64,000 nucleotides of DNA, taken from Monocercomonoides exilis PA203. Lineage: Eukaryota > Protista > Preaxostyla. The notes below the pieces were generated by a model. The model did no database searches. It was not told the origin of the DNA and was given only the letters and a program-made list of their open reading frames with translations. The position numbers and the translations under genes were made by a program. Numbering within the stretch: position 1 is the stretch's first letter; every line of letters starts with the position of its first letter. Shown here piece after piece: positions 38,901-51,366 of the stretch. The stretch lies in assembly GCA_001643675.2 (NCBI GenBank), contig LSRY02000011.1:1302001-1366000 (forward strand), given 5' to 3'.

Positions 38901-41900
38901 CAGCAAGCATCATTTCAACATAAGCAGCGCCAGGAAGAACAGATCCTCCCAACAATCCATGCTCCAACAAGAACGAAGTGGGTTGAGAAGTGTAAAGTGC
39001 AGGTATCGGAGAAATAGCAGGGGACGGAGAATTAGGAGATGATGGCTTAATATCGTGCATGTCAAATAGTCCCTTCCACGTGGCTGAGAAATTGGATGAA
39101 TCAACAGCCGCCTTTGGTAGTAATGGGTGTGTTGTGTCTTCCCAGTGCTTTTCTTTCCTCAGCGAAGGCGATCCAGCGCTTCCCTCAGCCGGGTCAAAGC
39201 CAGCAAACGGTCTCAACCGCGCGCCTCTCCTTCTGTGCCTCCTCTGTGAATCCTCATTGTCGCTGTCCTCCTCAGACTCATCGTCGCTCTCTTCGTCAAC
39301 GTTGTACCAGCAGAACTGGCCGTTCCACTGATAACTTGGAGTCAATGTGCAGTATGAAGCGTGCTGGGACATGAGAACGTTTGGGGAGTCCCAGTTGATG
39401 CTGAAGCCAGCACAGAACAGTCGCCCAATTGCGCGTCGGATGAATGAAAGCTCGTCTTGCTTCACTTTCATTGTGGATACAACAAACAGAGGCGAAGATG
39501 CAGCTGACAGGAACGCTGCGGAAACAGGCTGTCTCTTCTGCATCTGGTTTTTGCCTTTCCTTTTGTCTTGTGCAGCAGACATTTTTGCCTCGTTCTTCTT
39601 CTTCTCCCACTCCTGGAAGTTCTGCTGGATGGCTGAATTGAGCACTGGTTGTGATGCTACCTCGACGAATGCCTTGTGCCCGTCGTCGATCATCGTCTTC
39701 AGCGCCTCGCCAAATCTGACACACGAGCGGATCTGTGCTGCCCAGTAGTCAACAGTCAGCTGCTTTGACGGGTCTTCTATCTTTTTGCAGAGTGTGGACG
39801 AGTAAAACGGAATGGCGTATGAAGAGAAGAAGTGAGCTGGAGAATAGCCGTTGGCATTTCCAGCGGATGGGGTGGATGAATGCGACAATGGAGTGATTTG
39901 AGGGAAGTGCTCCACAAACGAGGGAAGAATTGACTGCATCGCTGCGCTGTGGAAAGCATACTCCACACGGACATTCTGCACAGTCAGCGGCTCTTCATCA
40001 TCGTCATCATTGCTGTTATTGGCATTTGCTGCTTTGCTCTTTTTCTCTCCTTCCTCTTCTTCTTTTCCGTTCGATCCATCTTTTTGCTCTTTCTTCTGTT
40101 GTGCTTTCTCCTTTCTGAGTGCATTTTGGATGTATTCAATGCACCTTCCCACGCTGTTTTCGTCTCCAGACAGAACCATCGTGTGCTCGCTGTTGATTGT
40201 TGCAACAGACACAGAATCAGGATTTGGATCAACAGAAGCAGACACTGACAGTGATTCAGTGTTACTTTCAGAATGCTTCTTTGATTTAGCGCCTTCCTTT
40301 TTGGAGGATTTTGAGTGATGTTGTGTGCTTTGTTCTTCGGCTGATGAATCTTCTGCTTCCATTCCTTTCTCTTTCCTGTTCCATTCCTTCACAAGATGCT
40401 CAACTTTCTTTCCGTTCAGCTCCACACCGCCAGATGACAGCTGCCTCATAACACCTTTTGGCGCCTGCTGCATCGCCAGCCCGCGATGGCACACAAGCTT
40501 CACTGCGTCTTCCAGAGAGAGAGCACCGCTGATGTGAGCTGCAGCTATTTCTCCGATGGAGTGGCCCACAACAGCGGATGGAATGATACCCCATTCACGA
40601 AGCAGGCGGCACAATGATACTTGGATGGTAAACAGAGCTGGCTGGGCAATGCATGTGTCAGCTAATGTCAGAGGATGAGATGGCAGAGGAAGTGTGGTGG
40701 ATGAAACAAGAGGAGATGATGCTTCGGTTGATTGGCTGCGCTTCTGCTTCTTTGAAGGAGTCGAAGGAGAAGCTGATTCTTTCTTCTTTGGTGTGTCTGG
40801 TGAGTTCATCTTTGGCGATGATTTTTTGGGTGTTGCTGGAGAATCGTCGCGTCTTGACTTCTTCTTTTTCGAGGTTGTTTGTTCGTGTGAAGACTCAGAT
40901 GAATCTGGTGTCTGGCTAACGTGTCTCTCACGTTTTCCTTTGCTTTGTGTTTGTTCTTCTTCTTCTTCTTCTTTCTCTTCTTCTTTCGGCTTGGCAGCAG
41001 AAACTTGCTCGGCAGACTGATTTTCCACAGTAGATGGGTCCTTCGCAAAGAAGTCGAGAATGGAGATGCCGCCCAGATGCTTCTTGATCAGTCTGTCAAT
41101 CTCCAAGCAGCTCTGTCTGAACACTGGCTCCTCTTTGAACAGGTGGAATGCCATGTCCGGACGCTGGGCGCCTTGCCCCGAAAAGATGAATGCAGGTCCC
41201 GTTGATGCGTTTGGCACAAAGCTCATCACGGCTTCAGAATTGTTTGAAGCTGATCCCTTTTTCTTTCCAGCTGAAAGAGACAGCTCTTTCATCTCGTCCA
41301 GAACAGCCTGAGGAAGTGGCTGGACTCCGCTGAGTGTCTGTGAAAATGTCTTCGATTTGGCAATCTCCTGCAACTCTTTGATAGCTTCAGTGTGAGTTGA
41401 GAACACAGCTGTTGCTCTGTATGGAGCCAATGCCTCGCGCTTCTGTGCAGCTGAGTAGCACAAATCGCGCAGGAACTTCAGAATGGAGCTGAGAGCTGCT
41501 GGCGGAATTTCGGGGTCTGTGCGAGATGATGATGATGAGGATGTCTCAAGTGAAGGAGTAATTGAAGGTGATGGGGATGGGGATGGAGATGGTGTGGGTG
41601 AAGGAAGAAGAGGAGGAGAAGGAGACGGTGCAGGAAACGGAGATGCTTCATCAGATGAGCCATTCTTCTTCATCGCAATTGTTGCCTGTCTGATTGCCTG
41701 TGATGCAAATCGGTTGATTGTGTCAGCGTATGAATGAGCCAACGCACACAGCGAAGCAGACGAGCGTGCAGAAAGTGGAAGAATAAATCTTGAAGGGATT
41801 TCCTCCAGTTCTGATTCAGCCAACTCTGCTGCCGGCTCGTTCTGCACCTCGCGCTTCCGCAGAGACGGCGGGCAGTCAGCCACAATTGCATGAGCATTCG

Positions 41901-44900
41901 TCCCACCGAAGCCAAACGCACTTAAAGCGCACACTCTCCGGAGGCAATTCTCGTTGTTGGCATCGCCACGTGGCTTGGCGCTCCACACCTGGTTCGTGTC
42001 CTGCACTTTCACATGCAGCCGCTCAAAGTCGATGTGTGGGTTTGGCTGTTGGAAGTGCAGCGACCGCACAAACATCCCGTTGTGGAGGCAGAGCGACACT
42101 TTGACAAGACTTGCAACACCAGCTGCTCCTTCGAGATGGCCAATGTTCGTTTTCACAGATCCCACACGCAATGGATTTGGCTCGCTGGAGGCGCTCTTCG
42201 TCGCTCGCAGCTTCTTTGCGTAGACAGTTGCCAGTGCTTCCACTTCAATTGGATCACCCAATTTGGTTCCAGTTCCGTGGCATTCGACGTAATCGATGTC
42301 TGAGCCGCTGCGAACAATCCTCGCTCCGTTCTCGTCTCTGACGTGTGATGCGTCTTTGAGGCACTGACGAAGCAGCATCTCTTGTGAAAGTGGAGACGGA
42401 GCTGTCAGACCATTGGATTTCCCGTCCTGGTTGACTGCTGTGGCGAGGAGAACTGAATAAATGCGGTCTCCATCAGCGACAGCGCGTGAAAGAGGCTTCA
42501 GGAATACCACTCCGCACCCTTCTGATCGCACATACCCGTTTGCTCTTGAGTCGAATGTTTTGCAGCGCCCGTCAGGTGACATGAAGTTGGCGTGCGACAT
42601 CGACACAGTCACAGCAGGATTGAGGATAAGACTGACACCACCAGCAACAGCAGCAGAGCATTCGCCCCGGCGGATGGCGTCCATAGCCAGATGCACTGCG
42701 ACAAGAGAAGAGGAGCAGGCAGTATCCACAACCATTGAGGGTCCTACAAATCCGAATGAGTAGCTCACTCTGTTTGCAAGAATGGAGAGCGCTGAGCCAG
42801 TTCCTGTGTAGCTGTCACACATCTCCACTTCCTTCATCTGCAGCGAGCTGTAATCAGAGCCCGTGCATCCGAAATACACACCCACATTCTTTCCTTTCAG
42901 CGACGATGGAACGACTCCGCTGTCTTCGAGTGCCTCCCACACGCACTGCAGTGCCAGACGCTGCTGTGGGTCCATACGGCTCGCCTCAGCAGCAGAGATT
43001 GAGAAGAAGTTGTAGTCAAAAGTGCACACCGATCTCCCGTCGATGAAACCTCCCCATTTTGTGCTCATTTTGCCTGAGCCAGATGCGGTGGGGGTTTCTC
43101 CGGTGCCGTCGTAGTACTCTTCCACAGACCAGCGATCAGCTGGCACTTCTGTGATGGAGTCGACGCCTCTCATCAGATTCTGCCAGAACTGCTTCGGAGA
43201 CGAGGCTCCGGGGAAGCGCAGGGCCATACCGCACACTGCAATTGGCTCAGAATACGCGCTCTGAGAAGCTGACGAGGCAGAAGTGTCTTCCTCATCGGCA
43301 TCAGCTTCTGCAGCTTCGGCTTCCTGTTGCGCTTCGTCTTCGTTTCTCTCCGAAATTGCCTTTTTGACCTCGTCGATCAAGAACGGGGCAAGCTCAGTGA
43401 TTGAAGGATATGAATACGCGACAGTCGGTGAAACCGTAATTTTGAGTACTTTTTCCAGTTCTCCAGCGAGCGGAACGGCTTCCACAGACTTCACTCCGAT
43501 GACTGAGAAGTTTGTGTTATCTTCAATGATCGAAGGATCTCCAATCTCCAACTCATTTGCAAGAACAATTCGAATGAATTGGCAAAGAGATTCTTTCTTT
43601 GGAACCTTCAGCTGAGCAGAATCAGAAGCAGAAGACGATGAAGATGCAGAAGATGTTTGGATCTCGTCCTCATCCCATTCAATCGCTGGAAGCGGAAGAG
43701 TAACAAACTCATATTGGTCGTTTGATCCTTTTCCCTTCTGACCAGCCAGTCCATGTGCTCCTTTCAACCGCCCTGCTCCGTATTCTGCTGAGCCTGTGCC
43801 CACCCATTCGTGGACAACAGCACCATCCTCTTTGAACTTCCCCATTTTCAGCCCAAGTTCTTTCACTTGGCTTCGCTGGATCTTTCCAGAAGATGTTTTG
43901 TATATTGAGCCTTGCTTCAGCAGCACTACGCGATTCACAGCAACATCAACCTCCTTCGCCACTGAGGCCACAATCAGCTCCACCAGCTTAGGATACTCAG
44001 TTGCTGGGCATGTGTCGCGTACTTCCTGCACAACGGTGATGTTCTCTTCTTCTGTTTCCTCAGCTTTGATCTCTTCGGCTCCCCCAGCTTTCTTTCCTTT
44101 CTTTTTTCCCTTTCCACTCTCTGCTTTTTTCCCTGCTTTGTCTGCCTCTTCGTTGTCGAGGATCTTTTTCATAGAAACGGTAAGGGAAACAGCAGCAGAG
44201 CAGCCTGGTCGCAGGTGAGGAGATGCATCTTCGCTTGCTCTTTCAATGTCCATCGGATAGACATTGTGGCCGTGAATGATAATCATATCCTTCAGCCTCC
44301 CAGACACGAACAGGTGCCTGTCGTACACAAACCCCAGATCGCCTGTTCTGAGGAACGGGCCTCTGCCATCAGCAGTGTAGCAGCAGAACGCCCGCTCTGT
44401 CATTTCTGGCTCTCTGAAGTATCCCTTTGCCACAGAGCTTGATTGGATCCAGATTTCGCCCACTCGATCGGGTGGTCGCTCTGCGTTCGTTGCGGGGTCC
44501 ACAATCAGAACAGTCCATCCGATTGGGTCAGGTATCCGATTCTGTGCTGCAGTAACAGGTCCGCAAATGTATCCAGTTCCAACCAGCTCTATTGAGTCGT
44601 CTTCCTCGTCTTCCTCGTCCTCGTCATCGTCATCATCGTCTTCGCTCTCATCATCTTCTTTCTTTTTCTTTTTGTCTGCTACTGCTTTGCCTCCGTTGGC
44701 CAATGCAACAACTCTATGATCAGAAAGAGCACTTTTGCTGAATGTGTAGACTGGCATACCATGTGATGATGTTACCATCAATGTTGTCTCTGCCATCCCA
44801 AAGCAAGGTGTAAAGTGTCCTCCAAATCCAAACTTTGCAAATCTCTCGTTGAAGCGTCGCAAAGTCCTTGCCCTAACTGGCTCGCTACCGTTGAAAGCAT

Positions 44901-45810
44901 TGTGCCAGTTTGAGAGATCAATTTTCTTCGACACAAGCTCCTCGTCTTTCACTTTTCTCAATACCAAATCGTATCCAAAGTTTGGCCCACCACCAGAATA
45001 GGCTTTCGTGACAGAAAGCAGTTCTATCCATCGAATGGGCGATTTTAAAAAGTCTAGAGGTGACATAAATGTGATATAGCCTCCTAGATAGACTAACTGA
45101 AGAATTTGTCCTATCAGTCCCATATCGTGATATTGTGGAAGCCACCCAGCTGCAGAAATTTCAGGATATTCATCATAAAATTTATGCTTAAATTCACGAT
45201 AAATGTGTCGTTCATTTTCCATAAGATTATCATGAGTTACCATGACACCTTTTGGATCGCTTGTTGAGCCTGATGTGTATTGCAAAAATGCAATTGTATC
45301 TTTTGTGATGTGAGGTTTTTTGTAACTTTCTGCCTTTGAATCAGGAATAGAATCAACAGTAATCCATGTAGCAGTTTTGAAAGATGGGAACAAATGAAAC
45401 ACGCCAGAAGACAATTCTTTCATGTCACTTGTTGTAACAATGATAGTAGCACCTGATTTCGTCATAATTGCTTCCAAACGTTTTAATGATTGATGCATCC
45501 TTGATGGATCAGGAGGATAAACAGGAACTCCAATAACTCCAGCAAACATACAAGAAAGATATGCAACAAGAAAATCAGCACTTGGTGGAAACAAAAGGAT
45601 TGCTGAATAACCATATGCACCGCACTCATTCAGAACGGATCCTACAGCACGACATCTGGTTAGGAGCTGTGAAAATGTGTATTGTGAGATCTTTCCATTG
45701 AGATCGCCTGTATGAAGGAATCTGATGGCAGGGTGATTTGGCCTTGCTAAAGCACGTTGTTCTATGACTTCAACAAAAGTTTCTTCTTCACCGATTTTGT
45801 GCAAAGCCAT
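32952..45810 (-). CDS. Giant type I PKS-like protein FAAL-ACP-KS-AT-DH-KR-ACP-AONS/SPT(PLP)-TM, about 4251 aa; exons 45810-38841 and 38737-32952
   Basis: FAAL: FLQYTSGSTSDPKG, WLPQYHDMGLIG, FLRTGDLGF, KTSSGKIQR. ACP1 GVKS. KS: DTACSSS, HGTGT, KTNIGH. AT: GQGAQ, GHSIG, YAFHS. DH: HGLLGGSVLP, HPALLD. KR: TGGLGG, HTAGLLRD, YSAAN. ACP2 GLDS. AONS/SPT: SYNYL, EGVYSMDGD, DEAHS, GTLSK. TM WILFVVLLFLLIAAVAISVL. Phase-1 GT..CAG intron 38840-38738 joins the two ORFs in frame. Confidence 0.93.
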
Positions 45811-46834
45811 AGAAATAAGATCGAAGATCAGAACCAATATTACGAAGGTTTTTTTAAATACTAATTGATTGAGAAAAACATTTATAATATGAACGGTTGT
45901 GGTATTTTTCGTCAAACTACGATTATTGTGACAACAATGAGTTACTCCTTTTCCGTGCATAATTTCTGATTATTAAAAGGAAATTATTCATATCCAATGG
46001 ATGAAAAATAATATTCGGAAATTGTTCGAATATAATTTATATGTTGATATTGAAATTTGGAAAATAAAGAAGTTCATTTCAAATAATAATTGTATTTGAA
46101 AGAAGAGACACAAATTCTCATGTTTTTATTTGCAGGTTGAATAAACAAAAAATAGTAATTGCATTCAAAATAATGATCATGTGTTTATTGTTTTATCTTT
46201 TTCATAGGGATCTGTGACTTTTGAAGATATAACACATTTTTTTTTCTGTTGCATCGAAACGGTGTCTCAAACACAAGCGTTAAATTGTGTCAATGATATT
46301 TTTGTTTGTTTCAAATCTCTTCTGCAGATTTTGAATATTTTCTTTGACGGTACATATTTTTTATTTTATGTATATGAACAAAGTCTGGTTTAAGTACTGA
46401 TTCTCTCAAATAAATATTTTTTCAAAATTTGGCGAAATGCACAATCAAATCAAAAAATATTGCAATAATAAAAATTACTTTGACAAATAAATCTGGAGTT
46501 ATAGGGAAATTAATACATTTGAATTCTTGGTAATTAAAAGTTTCTGTTCCATCGAATTCACCTTACACTTGACCACAAAACAAGCCGTGAAGTGTTGCAT
46601 CCTTGAAGCAGATAACAATTAATCACAAAGTTTCCTACTCATAAATATTGTCATGCGTAAACAGTTCAATTTCCGTTGTTAAATGTTAAAGCTTATCGTT
46701 CAATATCGCTGTTAACGAATATCCAAATTCATTCAATAAAATATTGAAATAGAAAATTCTATCAAACGGTTCAATTTTTAGTGAACTTTTATTGATAGAT
46801 TCGTTTTGAAGCGAATTTCATAATGATGATAGCG

Positions 46835-48034
46835 TTAATTACCGATGTTAGCATCTTCACCATCTTCGTCTTCTCCGTCTTCATCTTCGTTATCTTCATC
46901 TTCACTTTCATCTTCATCTTCAAATTCAATTTCAATTGCAGGTTCTAAATCGAATTCTTCATCTTGCTTATGTACAATTGACTCCTCTGAAACCATCAAT
47001 TTCCTGCAAATCGGGCAGTGGACAATGCCCGCGTTAAACATCTCGTTCACACATTTTAGATGCATGTAGTGCCCACACGGAGCGCGCCAGCTGGGATGCC
47101 GCGTGGAGAACAAATCTTTGAAGCACACTGGACAGTTCTTTTTCATTGCATCAGGAATGCATTTGTGCCCTGCGGCAGTCGCAGCAAATAGGCACACGTT
47201 GCAGCCATCACAGTGGATTACTTCTTCTCGAGTACCCACTCGACAAAACCCGCCTAATTTTATAAAAAAAATGTTGGAAACAAAATATATGCAAATTTGA
47301 AGAAATAAAAAAAAAATAAAATAAATAAAAAAATAAAAAAAAAAATAACTCATACATTTATCGCAATGAAAAATTTTCATTAACGGATTTCCGTTTAAAA
47401 ATTTACATTTATCACAAAAGTATGTCGCAAATTCAATTCCACAGTGAGCGCATTGCCTTTGGAAAGGACCTATTTTTTTACACTTGTAACACCAAACTTT
47501 ATTTATTTTATATCTATCTATTTCATGATCAGCAATTTTATCGTGGCAAATTCTGCAAGGGAAAAATCGTTGACATTCTTCACAGCATATTTTGCACTCT
47601 CTTAGGTAATGTTTGCATCCATGAAAAACTCCTCCATCTATTGAGTGCCATTCTGGTTCTGCAGATTCATCCGTAGATGAATCAGATTTATCATCAGTTT
47701 TATTGCTTGAATTGTCGTCATTTGTTGTCGCACCTTCGTTGGAAGCATTTTCAATTCTCTGATCAGCTTTTTGTTCTCCAATATCCGGCCGTTGAATAAG
47801 TGGATTAATCTGTTCTGCATGAACATCGTGTACTGTATTACATTCTTCAGTTTTACATGTTTCTGAATCCTGTTTTTCTGTAGGCTGTGTTGGAGAAGAT
47901 GCCTTTGATTCTGAACCAAGGACAGTTTTAACTTCTTGAATGGCATCATTTTGAGTGAGTAATATCTTTCTTTCTTCGTTTTTTGTTGGTGTTAATTTTG
48001 AAGTAATGCATCCCTTACTGTTATACCATGACAC
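46835..48034 (-). CDS. RCHY1: RING finger and CHY zinc finger protein (Pirh2/RCHY1-like); 5' end uncertain, in-frame intron near 47258-47350
   Basis: GCKHYLRECKICCEECQRFFPCRICHD (CHY), YFCDKCKF..FHCDKC..CRVG..HCDGC (CTCHY), NCPVC..APCGHYMHLKC..CPICRK (RING-H2). Confidence 0.88.
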   Translation of the reverse strand: MSWYNSKGCITSKLTPTKNEERKILLTQNDAIQEVKTVLGSESKASSPTQPTEKQDSETCKTEECNTVHDVHAEQINPLIQRPDIGEQKADQRIENASNEGATTNDDNSSNKTDDKSDSSTDESAEPEWHSIDGGVFHGCKHYLRECKICCEECQRFFPCRICHDKIADHEIDRYKINKVWCYKCKKIGPFQRQCAHCGIEFATYFCDKCKFLNGNPLMKIFHCDKCMSYFFFYFFIYFIFFLFLQICIYFVSNIFFIKLGGFCRVGTREEVIHCDGCNVCLFAATAAGHKCIPDAMKKNCPVCFKDLFSTRHPSWRAPCGHYMHLKCVNEMFNAGIVHCPICRKLMVSEESIVHKQDEEFDLEPAIEIEFEDEDESEDEDNEDEDGEDEDGEDANIGN

Positions 48035-48415
48035 TGTTTTTAAAAAAAAAAGAATTGTTTTGTTAAAATAAATATTGTGTACAAAAAATAATTCTCAAAC
48101 AAGAAACGAATGAGGGAGAAAACTCCTCGTTTTCATTATAATCAAATGATATTGATGGCCTTGAGCTTAAAAATGAAGCAGGAATATCAGATAGATTATT
48201 TATTTGTGACATAAATATTATTATAATGGGATTTGATCAATGACAAAGATAAATTATGTTTTTTTGTTAAATGTCATCTCTTTTTCAAAACCATTCTTTT
48301 TTGGGAAAATAAAGAATATACTGGAAACACACGATCATTGATCTCAATAATTAAAAATTGCGTTTAATTCGAATTTTTTTTTATGTCGAATGATTTTTTC
48401 GAATTATGCAAGTTC

Positions 48416-50623
48416 ATATGTCAAAATTTTTTTGAAAAGTTCCATTTGCTTAATTTTCAAAAAACAAAAAAATTTCATATTTTTATCAAATTTTTGTTTC
48501 CACTCACCAAATTTTGCTGTCATTGATAAACATCTGCGTCACATGCCTTCTGACGTGAACATTTTTAGGAGTGACGTGACGTGAAAGAAAAAAATTTTTA
48601 TTCACTTATTTTTATTATATTTCTTTTGTCAGAAATTTAAATAATTAAAATTAATTGATATGTATTTATCTTTAATAAAATATAATTAATACGGTGAATA
48701 TATAGATTTTTATTATTAAAATGTTCATTTTCAATTTTCAAATGAACAATGGGTTGTGTCGTGATCATTTTTTTGTGGTATAAATACCACGGCATTCACG
48801 TCACTGCCTGTCACTGACGTAATTCTAGTCAATAAGGCATTTTTAACAATGTTTGTGTTTTTTCAGGTTGAAAATATCCTTTTATAAAATTTTTAACTTC
48901 TCGAAATCAGACAATTATTGTTTGAAAATAATTTTTTATTTTTTTCTGAATTTTTCTTTTATTTTTTTTATTCATTCAAATTATTAGAGCTTGTTTTTCA
49001 CAAATAGCTGTTACAAACTGACGAGATGCTTCTAAAGACATAAACAGTTGTTAGAGTTCGGAGCCTGAGCGTCAGGAGCGAATGGCTGTTCGGTGGAAGG
49101 TGGTGTTTTCATCTTCTATGGCGGGGATCAGGACAGAGCGGTTAGCATGCAAGGCGCTGGCATTTGCGGAGGAGCATCTGGACAACGAGGCGAAGAAGAC
49201 GTGACATGTGGAGGTGTCTGCTCTGATGTTTACGAATGGGAGCTGGATACAGGGTAAGCGTAAGAAGCTGATGTTGGTGGCTGAGGAGTGAATTATGATA
49301 GGGACAGAGCAGAGCAAGAGCAAGCCGGACGCGATTATGGGGTGAGAGTGCGTGTGGAGAGGAAGAATGATGGGGCAACAAGCGAGTCCTTTTTTCCTGT
49401 GCAGAGCTGTGAGATAGATCATCGATGGGAATAAACAGCTAGAGCTCGTATGGAAGGAGCTGCGATGCGCTGTTTTCACTTCCTAAAACCTGTGTGTGGA
49501 GAAAATTGAGGAGAGCAGATTGTGACACACCGTTTTGATCATTCAAGGAAGATCACCGAAAGTCAGGGAAACAGGAGGATCTGGCAGGAGGTGATTGAAA
49601 AGAGCGAAGCAGAAGAGGAGGAGGTGGAGCGGGTTGGAGGAAAAGGTGAAAAAGGGAAGGAAGGGGAGGAGAAAGAGGAAGGATGAAAGTATTATGAGAC
49701 ATCAGCGATTGTGCCGAAGGGAAAAGGGGAAGGGGCAGGCAGGAGGCAGAGTCTGCATGAAAGGTGTTGGTGGCCGAACATCCTGTTTATTGGGATGAGA
49801 TCGGCGGAGGTGGTGGTGCTGTTAGTGACCGTGGAGTGCTGTGTGTGGCAGCAGCATCTGGTGGAGTCTGGGAAGATGGTGCTGGGGTTGAACTGGGAGA
49901 TGCAGGAGGCGGCGTTTGAGTGGATGAAGCTGTACGGGGAAGAGGTGGCGGAGGTGTGGGATGAGGATGCGGAGGTGGGTGTGCTGCTTTTTGCGCTGGT
50001 GCAGGACAAGGTGGCAGCAGTGACAGAGTGGAAGATCAAAGCGGAGGAAGTGGAAGATGAAGAGGAATGAGAGGACGAAGCAGAATGAGGGCTGTGGAGA
50101 AATCTGCGGCTTCAGTGATTTTTTTTCAAACAAATTCATAATAAAGTGTTTTTAATTTATATTCATTGATAATAATTCTCTCATGTCAATAACACACAGA
50201 ATAACATATCTAAAGTTTTTTTTTTATTTTTATAAACAATTGATAAATTAAAATGTAAAATCGTCTTATGAGAATTGCAAAAAAACAATAAAAAAATCAT
50301 GATAATTATGTCAATTTTTGTAAAAACTTATTTAACATGAAAAATATATAATGTCATAATCTTTATAAAAATGAAAAATGCTAATAATGTGAAAATAAAA
50401 ACAAAACTTCAAAAGCATTAACAAGGAAAGTGAAGAATATTGATATTAATTTGCTTTGAATGATATGACTTCTGTCAAAGCGTAAAATAGTTTTTGAATA
50501 AAAAAGATTTAATTAAGGTTTGTTTATGAAAAATCAATATTTTCTAAACAATCAGATTTATTTTCAATATTTGGTAATTAATTATTGTCAATTAAAAATA
50601 AATATTAATAAGTTTGTTTTTAT

Positions 50624-50685
<62 letters not shown>

Positions 50686-50883
50686 GCCGGGCACTGACTG
50701 ACGGGAGCCTGACTTTTTAAAGGTGACGCAGATGTTTAGTCATTGAAATAAATCCTTGTCAAAGTTATTTAATCCGTTTGGGTGTAATTTCGTGAGTGAA
50801 AACAGAAATTTGAAAGAAATATGAAATTTTTTATTTTTTGAAAATTTAACAAATGGAACTTTTCAAAAAAAATTTTGACATAT
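48416..50883. mobile_element. About 2.5-kb segment bounded by 130-160-bp inverted repeats, carrying a decayed GC-richer gene fragment (about 49070-50140, minus) and an A59 tract
   Basis: 48416 ATATGTCAAAATTTTTTTGAAAAGTTCCATTTG...AAACATCTGCGTCAC is the inverse of 50722 GTGACGCAGATGTTT...CAAATGGAACTTTTCAAAAAAAATTTTGACATAT. Confidence 0.6.
50625..50683 (+). repeat. Poly(A) tract, 59 nt
   Basis: Direct reading. Confidence 0.95.
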
Positions 50884-51366
50884 TGGACTAAATGTGAATA
50901 TAACGTTTTGCATTGAAAAATAAAGGTGATGGTTCTCTGTTAATTAAATTTTTTTATTTAAAAATTAAAGAAAAATTTTGGAAAAATTGCCTTGAAATGA
51001 TGATCTTCTTCAATTGCCCTTTTTTGTTCTTATTCATTCTTTGGAGGTGCACTTTTGGGGAAAAAATTTAATTTATTTTTTGGAAGATATAAGTCATTAT
51101 TTTTGAAATCACACCTTTTTTCGGGGTATTGATTTTTCAAAGATTGTTTGTCATTGGGAATAGATTTTGTGTTTGAATTGTTGAATTACCACAACTGCTA
51201 TCAAAACAAAAAATTTTCGTAGAAATAAAAAGAAACATTTTTTGGATAAGCCTTATCACTTTTCAGTGTTCATTTTGTTGACATTCAAAAAACTATTTCG
51301 AACCGAATATTTTGTCAGAATAAATATGATTTCAAAAAAATCTAGGATATTCACAAAAAATATCAT

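Noticed and set aside
32952-45810. Bacterial contamination
   Set aside because: Has a spliceosomal-type intron and host-style polySer/acidic inserts, and is flanked by eukaryotic genes
27854-48034. PKS neighbours as a biosynthetic gene cluster
   Set aside because: Flanking genes (calcineurin, Pirh2, phosphatases) are housekeeping or signalling; no PPTase, reductase or acyltransferase in the window
50520-50720. Poly-Lys ORF or retrogene tail
   Set aside because: Translation of the A59 run; the adjacent gene fragment is on the opposite strand and no TSD was seen
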